From assembly GCF_001194135.2 (NCBI RefSeq), contig NC_068985.1, positions 61,103,586 to 61,167,585 of the forward strand: a stretch of DNA of 64,000 nt, read 5' to 3'. A program made the translations under genes and the position numbers. How positions within the stretch are numbered: position 1 is the first letter of the stretch; each line of letters opens with the position of its first letter. Of the stretch, positions 1 through 12,919 are shown in pieces. The notes under the pieces were generated by a model. The model made no database searches. It worked only from the letters and a program-made list of their open reading frames with translations, and was not told the DNA's origin. This stretch comes from Octopus bimaculoides (Eukaryota).

Positions 1-336
1 GGCACATGAGATGCACCATTTTGAGCGTGGCCGTTGCCAGTACCGCCTGACTGGCTCCCGTAGGATTTTCGAGTGAGATCGTTGCCAGTGCCCCTGGACT
101 GGCTTGTGCGGGTGGCACATAAAAGACACCATTTCGAGCGTGGCCGTTTTCGTGCGGGTGACACGTAAAAGCACCCATTACACTCTCTGAGTGGTTGGCG
201 TTAGGAAGGGCATCCAGCTGTAGAAACTCTGCCAAATTAGATTGGAGCCTGGTGTTGCCATCTGGTTTCACCAGTCCTCAGTCAAATCGTCCAACCCATG
301 CTAGCATGGAAGGCGGACGTTAAACGATGATGATGA
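1..336 (+). mobile_element. RTE LINE 3' UTR fragment with internal subrepeats and (GAT)n tail
   Basis: Ends AACCCATGCTAGCATGGAAGGCGGACGTTAAACGATGATGATGA. The same subrepeats occur at 29700-30030 and 42375-42835 and directly after the RTE ORF2 at 32300-32400. Confidence 0.75.
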
Positions 337-1147
337 CAACAAAGAACACACACAATACAGTAAACAAAGACATAAAAACAAATCTGTCAAATTTAGCAGT
401 TGTTTAACTAACTCAGCTATCTCATTTAATTTTTAGAATAAGTGGCTGAGTACTCCACAGACATATGTACTTTTAATTTGATTTTTAGGTTGAATCAATA
501 TGACACATTGTAGGACAAAGGTGGATGTTTGATGTTTAAACCAAATGTTTACTATAGGCTAGTGTTTTTTTACCTAAAGCAAAAAATATGGTAAACAACT
601 ACTAGTCTAAAATGCCAAATAATGGAACTGAACCTGAGACCTTATGATTGGAGACTTCCCCAATTCAATGGTACAAATTTCTTTCTTTAAAGTGATCTAA
701 ATCAAAACCCTCTATCAAACTTTCATCCTGATTTATGTCACAAACATTAACCTAATAATGACAAAGTTAGTTTATTAAATTCTTCATTTATTATAAAAAT
801 GAATTGAAACAATAGTAGTGTATTTCAACAGGAATACAGTCATGAAAAGGTTGCAATATTCTTAACCATCCAGACATACCTACATCCACCAGTACAACAG
901 GAAAATATACAATAGAATACAGGATTTAGAGGTTAAGTCATCAGATATAGGTATGGTGGTGTATCATACAATAGAATATAAACTGCAAATCAGGAGTCAG
1001 CAACAAATGATTCAACAAGATGTTTTCTGTAGACTTCAGACCTTTTCTTAAAGTTTTCTGGATTTGGAACAGTTGATGGCTTTTGTGTCATAATTTGTTT
1101 AATTTTTACTTACATAGGTATTACCAATGATGGAAGTTGAAGGATTA

Positions 1148-1610
1148 TCATCATCATCATTTTAATATCAGTTTTTTCATGCTTGTAATGATTGGGTGAA
1201 ATGTGTTGATGCAGATTTTCAACAGCCAGATGCCTTCTTTGTTCCCAGCCTTTAACTGTTTCCAAGTAAAGGAATATTTTCCCATGGTCAGACAGGTTTA
1301 CACAGAACATTAGAAACAAACAACACGAACTGTAAACAGTGGCACTTGTTTACAACTGTCGTGTAGTGTCAGCATAAGGAAACACAAATCACAAGTTTGC
1401 ATGCATGCACACACAAACAAACACATGCATGAGTGAGTGTATGCACAAATACACAATGATGGCCTTCTTTCAGTTACCATCCACCAAATCTATTCATAAG
1501 ACTGGAGATATAGTAGAAATCATTTATCCAAATTGTCACAAAGTGGGACTTGCATAGGTTGTGGAGGAATTTAACTGTCTTAGGAACACATTTCTTACTG
1601 AAATACATAG
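1148..1610 (-). mobile_element. tRNA-derived CORE-type SINE with RTE-like (ATG)n tail
   Basis: Reverse-complement homologue of 2730-3140: (CAT)n tail at 1148, CA-rich spacer, CORE-like block. Confidence 0.6.
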
Positions 1611-2729
1611 CCAATAAGATTCAATAACCAACAATTTGAAGGGATTAAGTCAAGTAATTAATTTATCCATCTTACATTCTGGTGTTTGGAATATAAAATG
1701 TTGTCACAGAGAAATTATGATGGAAAGTTTTCATTTAAATATGAACATTTTTAGAAAATAAAAATGGAGGTTATCTATAATAGACCAACTGGGATTGAAC
1801 TCAGATAGGTTGATATGAAAAGGATTAAGAAAGGTGACTAAGTGGTTAAGAAGTTTACCTTATAGCTATGGTTTCTCCAATGCCTTGAGGGTGAAATTTG
1901 GTAAACAAACCTCAAATGTCTTGTAACTCTCTGAAAGGGTGTAACCCAATGTTAGATGACATTCTACAAACAGAGGTCAATAAAATAAGCACCAAACTAA
2001 ATACTTGGGGAGTCACTATTATCGAGTAAAACCTTTGAAAGTGGTGTCCAGGCATGGTTATAATCCAATTTTGGATTTTGGAAATACTGGGACTAATAGA
2101 CAGAATAAAAGAATGGTATTTGATCAGCAGACACATAAGGATGAGGAGAACAATAACAAAACAAACAAAAAAAACGGGTTAATGGATGAGACAGTAGTGT
2201 AGTGGGGGGGGGGGGGATACTCCATTTTTGGCAACACTTTCATAGGGTTGACACATTTGGGTCTGCTGTATGAATCTGTACAGCGGGGCATGGGACAAAG
2301 GGAAAGTAACAAACTTAAGTGCTGCCATAGATGGCACAAACTCTAGCTATGCCACTGGGATGTTTATAACCAACTCAAATGATATAGACTTAATGAGTAC
2401 AGTATATGAATACAGAAGAGTACAGTGTATGAATATGTACCAAGAGGATAGTGTAAATACTATATGTACAATACATTTACATTATGTATATCTTTCACCA
2501 ATGCACATCTGTGAAGGGTGTAAATGTCAATATGAAACTGAAAAACTGGTGATACAACTGTGAATAGCTCTGACAGTCATGAACAGTTCAGACAAGGGTA
2601 AAACCCAGAGTAGACTATCACTGTTTGATATAGTAAATATATTTATCCACTCAATGAAATACATAGAATTGCCAATATATTTTAATTACTTCAAAAATCT
2701 TATATTATTACATATATATGTGTGTGGAT

Positions 2730-3140
2730 ATGTAGTCGAGAAATTCGCTTCCAAACCACATAATTTGGGCCAACTGTGTGGTACTTGGACAAGTGTCTTC
2801 TATTACAGCCCTAAGCTGACCAAAGCCTTGTGAGTGGATTTGTAAACAAAAGCTGAAAGAGGCCCATCATGTATACACATGTGTGTGTGTGTGTGTGTGA
2901 CAGAGAGTGTTAGTGTCACCTTGCCTTGACATTACACGATAGCTATAAACAAATGTCACCTTCGTACAAGCAATGTCCTTTGTTTCTAATGATTGGGAAC
3001 ATATCTGGCCAAAGGGAAATATTACCTTATTTGGTGAGGGTTGGTGACAGGAATGACATCTGGCTGTGAAAAATCTGCTTCAATGAATTCTGTTCAAAGC
3101 TTGCAAACTTGGAAAAGAGTTAAAACAATGATGATGATGA
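2730..3140 (+). mobile_element. Near full-length tRNA-derived CORE-type SINE (octopus OR2-like, from memory)
   Basis: Degenerate tRNA head, CORE-like GTACTTGGACAAGTGTCTTCTATTACAGCCC...AAAGCCTTGTGAGTGGATTTG, (GT)n spacer, RTE-like 3' end with ATGATGATGATGA tail. Many partial copies elsewhere, e.g. 19900-20000, 27390-27540, 58715-58830. Confidence 0.7.
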
Positions 3141-4200
3141 TAATGTCAATATCATATTGATCATCATCAGTATTGTCATTTTACATCCATTTTTCCATGC
3201 TGTCATGGGCTGGACAGAGGTCATTATGGTTTGAGTCAGTTCTTATTATTATTCCTGTCTTGAATGGATCATGGACCACATCTTTCTCATACATTGCATT
3301 TACAACATGATTTCTCTGATTGGATACTGCCCCAAACATCAACCACTTTAAAGAATGTACTGAGAGTATTTTATTACAGCACTAACATCACAAGGGTTAC
3401 CTTGTACCCTGTAAGACTAAAGACTCCTCTCTCCCATTTGTCATCACCTTTGTTGAGTTCACTGACAGAGATCACAAGCAATGCCTTCTTCATATATAGC
3501 TTTAAAAAAAAACATTAAAAAATGGTACTGAATTATATTCTGAGACTTACCAACAGTTACAGAAATTCTTGGAAAGGACTTATCAGATAGGATGCTTTAG
3601 AAGGTGACACAAACAAACCCTAAAACACAAACTATTTGTGATCAACTGATTTTCAACTAATGCTATGTGTTAAGTGTTTCAGTATTCTGCAGATATGTGT
3701 CTCTTTAATGTAATCTTGAACTACATCAGTGGGCCATAAAGAGACAGAGCTGGACCTTCTAATTACAGGAAAGAGAGAGAGGTGGGGAGGAGGAACTTAT
3801 CCCTGAAGTAGATTGATAGTTTATTGATCCTGAAAAAAAAAAAAAATGAAAAGCAAAACTGACCATGGTAAGATTTAGACTCAGAATGAAGAAGCAAAAT
3901 AAAAACTGCAAGGGATACAATGATGCTTTTAACAATTCTAACAATTCACTACCTTCATTTAACAGTGTTGGCTATATATGTGTTTGTGTCTCTATATGAA
4001 TGTCTGTATGTGTGTGTTTGCTTGCATATATATGTGTGTAAATGTGTGTGCTTGTCTGTGTCTATGGGTATTTGTGTCTGTGGATGCACACATTATCAAA
4101 TCAGGTTTATGTTATTGTCCACTGTAAAGTAAAGTTCTGCCCTAATTCCTTCTTAAATGAAAACACACACACACACCTACTCTTACACATACAGATATAG

Positions 4201-4234
<34 letters not shown>

Positions 4235-4579
4235 ATGCATGTTTTTCTAGTAACATTACCAGTGACTCCAACAGAGTTGCAGTCACAAGAGGTTTAGATA
4301 TGGCCCCAGGCTGAGAAGAATAAACATATCTTCTTTGTTTTTTAATTCTCAAAATGTAATGGGTGACAGAAAATAGCATCATAGGCAGGGGAGGGATGTA
4401 AAGAAGAAAGTTAGAATAAGCCATAGGTCTGACTGAGTGGAATAACAACAACAAGTAAATATTTCAAATACAAACCAAAACATAGCAAAATGTCTATGTT
4501 AGTGGGGTATCATCTAATGTAAAGTCTTCTCACAACAAACTTTGGATTGTCATAGAATAAAGAAAGTGTATGTAAAGAA

Positions 4580-4591
<12 letters not shown>

Positions 4592-4657
<66 letters not shown>
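4592..4657. repeat. (TG)n microsatellite, representative of dozens of (TG)n/(CA)n/(TA)n runs
   Basis: Seen directly. These runs generate the spurious HTHT, CVCV and YIYI ORFs in the ORF track. Confidence 0.98.
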
Positions 4658-4662
<5 letters not shown>

Positions 4663-6164
4663 CATATTATATATAGATACATACTTACAAGGTGAGCAAA
4701 AGATATGTATATACACACACACACACATACACCTACGTAATGAAAATAAAATTGGCACAGCAGCAAACTTCAACAATGGCAACCATCTGACTATTAAAAC
4801 TATGTTAACCACCCACTCGTCTTAGTTGTTTGTTTTTCTTTATTCATATGTTGTCTTCCCTTCGGAAATGTGACTGCAATGAAGCAAAATGTGCAATAAT
4901 AGACCCAGTGACTGAAGATTAACCATAAAATATATCAAAAGAGCTTCTTGGGACTAAGCTGGCTTTGGTCAGGAATCAAAGTCTTAGAAATTAAATGCTG
5001 AACTACATAAGCAAAACACAATTATTTTTTAAATGTTCTACTGTATATAGATGCCAATATTTGTGTGTTTATGTATGTAAGAGTGTGTGTGTGTGTGTAC
5101 ACATACTCATACAAACAAAAACACACTTGTACACACTCGTACACACACAAACATATGAATGTATTTATGCCCCTTAAGTGTGTATGTACATAAATGTAGG
5201 AGTAAAAGAGCACTTCCTCTACTTCCTGTTTAATCTTCTTTCCTCAAAATTTATAACAGAAGCTCATAGGATTGACTGACTCCTCCACCCCCTCGACAAC
5301 TACCATCCACCATAAAATAGGTTCTTCAAACGAACTTATTTCATGTTAAGAATAGCTGGGTTTTCAATTAACCCTCTCTGACATAAACACATAAAAGTCT
5401 GTTCTACATTTTAGCAACCAAATATGGCAAGATTTGGACTTGGGCTGTAAAGGGCTGCAACTATACACCAATAATATGAGATAAACTGAAAAACTTGCCA
5501 AGCAGCACAGACAACATGTAATAAAGAAACATATTATGTAACATGTAAAAATAATAAATCACTATAGTAACAAATAGATATCTGAATCAAACGAAATAAA
5601 ATATAGAAATTCATGAATTTACAAAAACTCATATGAGATCCACTGACAGTTTCAGATTTCATAACAATAACACGTCTTGTTTCTAGCATTTAGTTTCAAG
5701 GAGATATTGTTGTTATTGCTATTAGCAATACTAATAAAATTTAGTAACAAGACTAATAACATGAAAAATATAGTTTCAAATACTTTATTGATTAATTAGG
5801 CTTCTTCCTAAAGATATTCATATTGGATAATGTAGTACAAGACACACAACACTGTAAAAAAAATGACAAGGCAGTCACATCTGGACTGATCTTGATCAAT
5901 CGCTGTTGATAAGAAGTTAAACCACTAAAGCAACAAAATGGGCAGTATTTGATGTGAAAATACTGTGGGAATTGATGCAGAGGTATTCATGCATTTCCCC
6001 AAATTTAATTACCAACTGTGTACAAGCACCCTAATTGGGAATTGAAATAATGCCGAAAGTTACATTTTATAAAAACTTACAAGTCAAAAGAAAGCACATC
6101 AAAGATGATAGAAATAATAAATGGAGAAAATGTTGACACCATCATCATTTTACATGCGTTTGTT

Positions 6165-6470
6165 GCAGGTACAGCTGCATGGTTGAGAAGTAAGCTTCTC
6201 AACCATGTGGTTTTGGGTTCATTCACTCTGCACAACACCTTGGTCAAGTGTTTTCCACTATAAAACTGGGCTGACTAAAGATTTGTGAGTGGATCTTGAA
6301 GGTGGAAACTGAAGGAAGCCCATAGGATATGCGTATGTGTGCATATGTATGTGTTTCTATCCTTGTCATGACACTAGGTGGTGGTTGTAAACGGCTATAA
6401 ATGTCACACAAGTGATGTTCATTTCCAGTTTTCCATTAAAGAAAAACATGTCAGATATGCATTGTGTGCA
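6165..6470 (+). mobile_element. CORE-type SINE, 3'-truncated
   Basis: Box A/B-like head (TGGTTGAGAAG...GGGTTCATTC) followed by CACCTTGGTCAAGTG...GGAAACTGAAGGAAGCCC. Confidence 0.7.
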
Positions 6471-7049
6471 AAAGAGATCTAGATGGAGAAGTAGATGCCG
6501 TTGTAGCAGAAAAGACTATCTGTGAGTTAAAGCCATTGTTTTATGAGCTGAGTCACCTCATTTAGGATGTGATTCTGAACGTTTTTGTTTCACAATAACA
6601 GTTTCTGACCAGATATATTAGCAGAGTTCCACTCTACATTATACATGTGTATCAGTATGTGAATATACTCTACTCTATACATTGTAATTGAGTACAGTAT
6701 CTGAATGTACACCAGTAGTAGATGATAAGAACTGAAGTATTTTAAGGTCTTGAAGAGTCTTTGTGAAGTAGTTTTGGTAATGTTTTTATCACGTGGAGTT
6801 ACCATGAGAGATCAAACATTGTAATAAGCACAATTTATAGAGACTTTGAGAGTCTTAAAGGAAATATGCTATAACACATTTTTTTGATAGGTTTAGTGGG
6901 TGTACTTCAGTGCCATTAAAGAAAAGTTATTTTTCATCTCCCCATTGAAGACTATTTTCAAAACTTTTATTCATTAATGCAGTAAATTAAAGATGCCATC
7001 CAATCAAAGGAAGAGGCTAACAAAGCTTTGTGCTTGCAGTGCACTGAGG

Positions 7050-7810
7050 TATAAGTTGCAGCAGAGACCGAAAAAACATTCAAGGTTAAATTATGGGAAG
7101 ACTTTGGGATTAAGCTAGACTGACTTTAGGTGAGAAATAAAGCATTCTGGCAGACTAACTGCCAACTTTGAAACAAGCCCTGTTCCATACCAACCATTAA
7201 GAACTCAGCTGAGGTTCTTCTCAACACAGTGAAGAGCAGCCTTAGGAGGTGGAGAGAATATTTTACTTATCTCCTAAATCCAGTTACAATGCAATTCTCT
7301 GGTGGATGTAAGGTGCATCTAGGGGTAAAACTAACTTCATAGAGGCTGAAGTCATAGGAGCAATTAAAGTGCTCAAATGTAGCAAAGCCACCTGGGAAGA
7401 AGAAATTTAGCAGATGTTAAAAGCAAATTTGCTATCTTCGATCCAGTTTTTGTGCCTATCCTTACCTATAGTCGTGAACGTTGGGTAATGATAACAAATA
7501 CAAGCAGCTGGAATGGGATTCCTCCAAAGGATCTCTAGAGTAGCGTTACTTGACGTAGTGTGTAGCTTGAAGATCATAGAGTCTCTCCGGGTTGAGCCCC
7601 TCTGCATTGAGAAGTTACAGCTTCAATACAGCACACATGATTAAAATGTCTCAAGAATCACAAGACAGACCTAGAAGTAGACCAAGAAAGAGATGGTTAT
7701 AATATCCATAGTCTCAGTTAGTCATACTTGGGAATCCAGTCAGAAAGTGTAATGACAATTGCTTCTAATAGGACCCTATGGAGAAGGTGCCTGATGACTC
7801 TACCTCCACA
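7050..7810 (+). mobile_element. Decayed, internally deleted RTE LINE (Expander/Rex3-like ORF2)
   Basis: Frameshifted translations EVIGAIKVLKCSKA, KFAIFDPVFVPILTYSRERWVM, IQAAGMGFLQRISRVALLDVV..ESLRVEPL and RPRSRPRKRWL match the RTE ORF2 C-terminal pattern. Confidence 0.8.
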
Positions 7811-7872
7811 ACCCTCTCAGGAACAGTAGGCAGAAAACAATAGATGGATGGATAGATAAATGCAAGGAAGGT

Positions 7873-8064
7873 TTAACATGTATGGATGATGCTTGCCAAC
7901 AGATGCCAAGGAAAATGAAGGCTGGTGTCATCTGCATATATGTATGTTGTTAAAAGTGGCAGTGAGAAAGTTTTTAATGTATAACCATAAGAGCATGGAA
8001 GACAAAACAAACCTTGAGGCACACCACGCTTAAAAGCATGTGGATTAGAGAACACATATTGCAA
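7873..8064 (-). mobile_element. Non-LTR retrotransposon RT fragment (CR1/L2/Jockey-type)
   Basis: GVPQG and YADD reverse-transcriptase motifs in one frame. Confidence 0.75.
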
Positions 8065-8251
8065 TGAAGACCACTGAAAAGAAATCTTTGATCTAAGAGA
8101 TGTGATTTTAGTGGAACTCAGGAACTGGGTAAACAGCTTAGGAGGTTCTCATACCAAACGTGGTTGAATGTTAACCATTTTTTATTTGTTTTTTTCTTTT
8201 TATTGGGTTCAGATGGGAGTGCATTGGTCTCACTGAAGTTTTCAAATGTAA

Positions 8252-8397
8252 AGGATATCACTGATGAGTGACACTGGAGAGTAAGGACATCAGTGGTGAG
8301 TGATACAGGTGTAAGGACATCAGTGGTGAGTGACACAGGAGAGTAAGGACATCAGTGGTGAGTCACACAGGAGAGCAAGGACAACAATGGTGACACA
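8252..8397. repeat. Minisatellite of about 31-33 bp, 4-5 copies
   Basis: Repeating GTAAGGACATCAGTGGTGAGTGACACAGGAGA unit. Confidence 0.9.
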
Positions 8398-9428
8398 GGG
8401 GAACAATTCACCAGTAAATATGGCTCTAATGAATCTAGATCAGTGATCACTGAGAAAGAAAGGCGATTAAAGATCATGACACTGATTATTTATAACTGCC
8501 TCCGTTAACCCTAGATTAGTTGTGCTGAGCAGAACAATGTATTTCCATACTGATCATTCATCTTATACCAAGGACTTTATAGTCAAATATTTCATTTCTT
8601 TTTTAAGACGTGATTTGAGAGAGATTCAGGTGTTATTTCTGCTAAGTTGATCCACAGCATTGACTCACATTTGAGATGTTTTAAGTAATGTTGACAGCTT
8701 TAACATGTGATAATCATTATTATTCTTTTTTAATAACTTACTTAAATAGCTACAAGTATATTGGTACATACACATACATCAATGTGTATATTTGTGTATG
8801 CACACTCATGTGATGAATAGATGGAAAGGAAGTCAATATAGAAGAAAAAGATAATGGAAACAGAGAAAAAGTGAGAGAGATGAAAGAGGGAGATAGGTGT
8901 GGTGCATATATATTAATATTTATGTGTGTGTGTGTGCACGTGCGTGCATGAGTACATGTATATACATAAATGAAAGATGAGCATTTATCTGAACAATATA
9001 TTTATTCTGTTCCAGATAATGGATTCACTTAACAATTAAGGCCACTGCATTCCAGAAATAATTCAGTAACAGGAACAATGTGGATAAAGAATTTCACAAG
9101 AGACACCAGGCATAACACACCCATTATATCAACTTTTTCAATGCAAGTGAATTCATATGATTAGGTCTTTCACATTCTGGTTGTCCTTTCTGTGAAAGCT
9201 CCATTCACTATGATAAAAGGTGTCAAACAAGAGAACAACTACTTCTCATACAACTAACTACGCAACCTTTGCTATTACACATTCGAAACCCATAGTCTAA
9301 TTGTCTGACACACACATTTACATAATTTATCTAAATTTAACTATAGTCATGCTTTTATTTACTGTCTTTAGCTATATAGCTTAAGTGGTAATTCATGATG
9401 AAAACAGAAACAAACTTTTCTATGTATA

Positions 9429-9768
9429 CAGGGTGCAATGGGTAAATTGTCACCATTTTATCTTTTTAATTTTGCGCATTGTTTGTTTTTGATTTTGTCG
9501 ACTACAAAGTATAGTAGGATCAGTTGGGCACTGTCTGTGTGAAAAACAGCAGCATGATGCAATTCACTCTGCCAGAAATTTGGAAATGACATGCTGTTAC
9601 TGCTTGGCATTTGCACCAGAAGCTCCAGTATGAACATTTCAGTGTGTTTGGGTGTCAATCCGAGGACATGTAATGAAAGTGATAAAAATCAAACATGTAG
9701 TCAATATCGTGGTGTTTGGAGTGATCACTAGTGGTGGCGATGTTATGAGAGACAGTAGATACATAGAT
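9429..9768 (+). mobile_element. Tc1/mariner-superfamily remnant, internally deleted (maT/DD37D-like)
   Basis: TA|CAGGGTG-type terminus, and the translation KIKHVVNIVVFGVITSGGDVM matches the K.P..VMV.G.I.S.G.VMPP transposase block. Confidence 0.7.
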
Positions 9769-10269
9769 CCAAAGTTGATACATAGGTACATAAACACAGT
9801 AAATATTGGATGTCATTTTCACTTTTCATTACTACACGAAGATAAAATTAACTCGCAAGTGGCTGAGTACTCCAAAGACATGCATATCATTAATGTAGTT
9901 CTCAGGGAGATTCAGCCTCATACAGAGTGACAAAGCTGGCCCCTTCGAATTACAGCTACAACTCATTTTGGCCAGCTGAGTAGACTGAAGCAAGATAAAC
10001 CTGCAAGTGGTTGGAAGAAAATGAATAAAGATCCTATAGTAGTTAGGGTCACTCTGAGTGTTAATCCAGTCCTAACATCAGCATTTGTGGGTCTCAGATC
10101 TGGAGGCCAAACCCCCAGATAAACACTGATGTGCAGGCTGTTGGTATCAAACTGAGTATGAGTTGAGGGCAAATAAACAACGGAATAGCAATTATTTTGT
10201 CTGAACTTTCACTGCTTATACTAAACACGGCATTTTTGCCTTACAATATGGAACATTTTTTTTTTCTTT

Positions 10270-10610
10270 CACTCTTTTTAAAAAGTGGCACTCTGTCAGT
10301 TAAGACGAGGTTCCTGTTTATCTGATCAACAAACAGTCTGCTCATAAAATTAACGCTGAAGTAGCTGAGTACTCCACAGACATGCATACCATAAGGTAGT
10401 TCTCTAGGAGATTCAGCCTCACACAGAATGTGACAAAGCTGGCCCCTTTGAATTACAGCTACAATGCATTTTTGCCAGCCGAATGAACTGCAACAAAGTG
10501 AAGTAGAGTACCTTGCTCAAAAATACAGCACGCCACCTAGAATTGTACTCATGAGTTTACAATCATGGGCCGAATACCCCTAACCACTGAGCCACGCACT
10601 TCCACTCTCT
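10270..10610 (-). mobile_element. tRNA-derived SINE, second family
   Basis: Minus strand begins GTGGAAGTGCGTGGCTCAGTGGTTAGG (box A). Body contains GCTGAGTACTCCACAGAC. Related copies at 440-470, 9850-10010 and 28960-29270 (+). Confidence 0.7.
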
Positions 10611-11039
10611 TAACTGTAGGGAAAAGGAGTAAAGTGATAGAGACAGAGAAAGGAAATCCTCAGTCATTTACAATGACAATTAGACTGAAATACGATCAAT
10701 CTTTTCTTACTTCTTTACTTTTAACAATGAAGAAGAAGGAAAGTCTTTCAGGTGTTTACGTTTTTTATTCTGGGAGTTCTAGAATGATCAACTGTTAGTT
10801 CTCTCTTCTTTTCCACACCCCCAGTACTTATTCAACTTCTTTCATAGAATTTCATGTCTTTTAGTTGGGTGGGAAAGACCATGTTTTTTTCCAGGCATAT
10901 TTAATGTATTCTTTACAAACGCGCCTCCCTCCCTTCCTTCTTTTTTCTTTTCATACAAAAACTAATGCAAATTCTGAACAGGGTATAGCTGTGAAAAGAG
11001 CCCAGAAAATTGGGTAATACCCCCTACAAAATGGGTGGG

Positions 11040-11390
11040 GGAGAAAAGTTGCCAACAGGTGGTTACACAAAATTCAACTCTATACTTTAAAGAGTGTCTT
11101 CTACCAAAGCCTCATGAGTGAATTTGGCAGATGGAAACTGAAAGAAGCCCGTCATATATATATATTATATTTCTCTGTGTGTGTGCTTGTATTTGTGTTT
11201 GTCCCCCCCCCCACTGTTTGACAACCGATGTTGGTGTGTTTGCATCCCCGTAGCTTAGCTGTTTGGCAGAAGAGACTGATAGAATAAGCACCAGGCTTAC
11301 AAGTCCAGGGGTTGATTTCTTTGACTAAAGGGTGGTGCTCCAGGATGGCCACCATCAAATGACTGAAACAAGTAAAAGAATAAAAGAATA
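11040..11390 (+). mobile_element. CORE-type SINE with alternative 3' half and (TAAAAGAA)n tail
   Basis: Same CORE-like block as 2730-3140 but a different downstream body ending GAAACAAGTAAAAGAATAAAAGAATA. Confidence 0.7.
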
Positions 11391-12285
11391 CCAGAAGAAC
11401 ATTCTAGCAGCACTAAACAAAGAGGTTCTTTGAATATGTATTTTGTATTTTAAGGCTAAATAGTAATTCTGTTTATGTTTGCATAACAGATATTTTGGTT
11501 GGATTATATAGTTATCGGTTTTACGCTCCTTTCTATATTCTGTAAGTGTCACAATATAGAAACATTTCTCATGGCACCAGCACATAATTTGCAGATGCTT
11601 ACAGTTTTTGTTTTCCATGAATTTTTCACGGGTCCAGCTAATCATTTTCGAAGCGCCTCCCCCTTTGGGAGTTCTATTTATTTATTTATTTGTTATATCT
11701 TTCTCTGTTTTCTTCCTCTGTTTAGACGAACTTTCCTACCTTTTCGGACAAAACCTTTTGTAACCTTCGTCCTGTCTTTGTCCTTACATGTTTTTAATAG
11801 ATATTAGCCCTTGTGGCCAATAAAACGAATTAATTACTGTTATTATATACATAACTTAATATTTAAGTGTTAAGTATGTTCCTAGCAGTATGCCAATAAA
11901 GCACATTCACTGCCTATGGCTAGATGCACCACAACTAGTTGTATAGTTTCCCACCTACAAGGGATTGATGCAGGATATGTCGAAACGATCATTGTGAACA
12001 ATAATGTTTCCCGTGTATTCCATTTTCCATTTCTACCATTTGCTTTATATATCATCAATATCATCATTATATTAAAATTCACTTTCGTATGCTTACATGG
12101 GTCAAATAGTTGAAGCAGGGTTTCTATGGCTGGATACTTTTCCTGTCACCAAGCCTTATCTGTTTCCAAGCAAAGTAATATTTCCTCTTAGCCAGACATG
12201 TTTTTCATGGAAGACTAGAAACGAAGACCACTACCTGCATATCAGTGACATCCATTTCCAATTATTGTGTGATGTCAAAACAAGG

Positions 12286-12329
<44 letters not shown>

Positions 12330-12474
12330 TGTATGTGTGAGAGAGAAAGGGAGTTTTCTGAGTTCAACTATATAGATGCCTCATCAACAATAACATATAA
12401 CATCAAACTGAAACTAGTGGGATCAATTCAGGTTCCTGATATTCTTCTTTACTAATCTGATTAGAGCAATATAT

Positions 12475-12670
12475 AATCTACAGCTTAAGATGTCATACAC
12501 AAGACATCATATTTAATTTGTCTCTAATAGATATATATACCCACAGTAATCCTTGCTGTTGTTATTTACTGCTGTATATAATTTACAGCTTAAGATGTCA
12601 TACACAAGATATAGTATTTAGTTTGTCTCTAATAGTTATATACCTTCAGCAATCCCTGTTGTTGTTTTGC
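12475..12670. repeat. Tandem duplication of about 105 bp
   Basis: Two diverged copies starting TACAGCTTAAGATGTCATACACAAGA. Confidence 0.85.
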
Positions 12671-12919
12671 CTCAAGTCAGTCTTGATGTGAATAGACAAA
12701 TGAGAAAAGGCTTTGCAACAATGGCTCTTTTATTAATGTATCATTCGTTTTTTTAAAGATTGTACTATATGGTTTGAGATTTGGCTGTTATTTCAAATTG
12801 ATTGAACAACCACATAAAGGCTCCTCAAATAGTTTCCAGAATGTTTACAGCCCTAGCACTTCATTACAAACTGTCTTGGTCATAATACTAATACTACTAC
12901 AAATAATGATAATCCTTTC

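Noticed and set aside
2202-2217. Poly-G runs (also 51625-51650) as functional G-quadruplexes
   Set aside because: Simple homopolymer runs with no context suggesting function.
4510-4825. HTHTHT, CVCVCV and YIYIYI ORFs throughout the window
   Set aside because: Translations of dinucleotide microsatellites.
6165-6240. tRNA-like box A/B sequences
   Set aside because: They are SINE heads followed by SINE bodies; no complete cloverleaf.
8252-8397. Possible CRISPR array
   Set aside because: Tandem units without unique spacers, in a eukaryotic context, with no cas genes.
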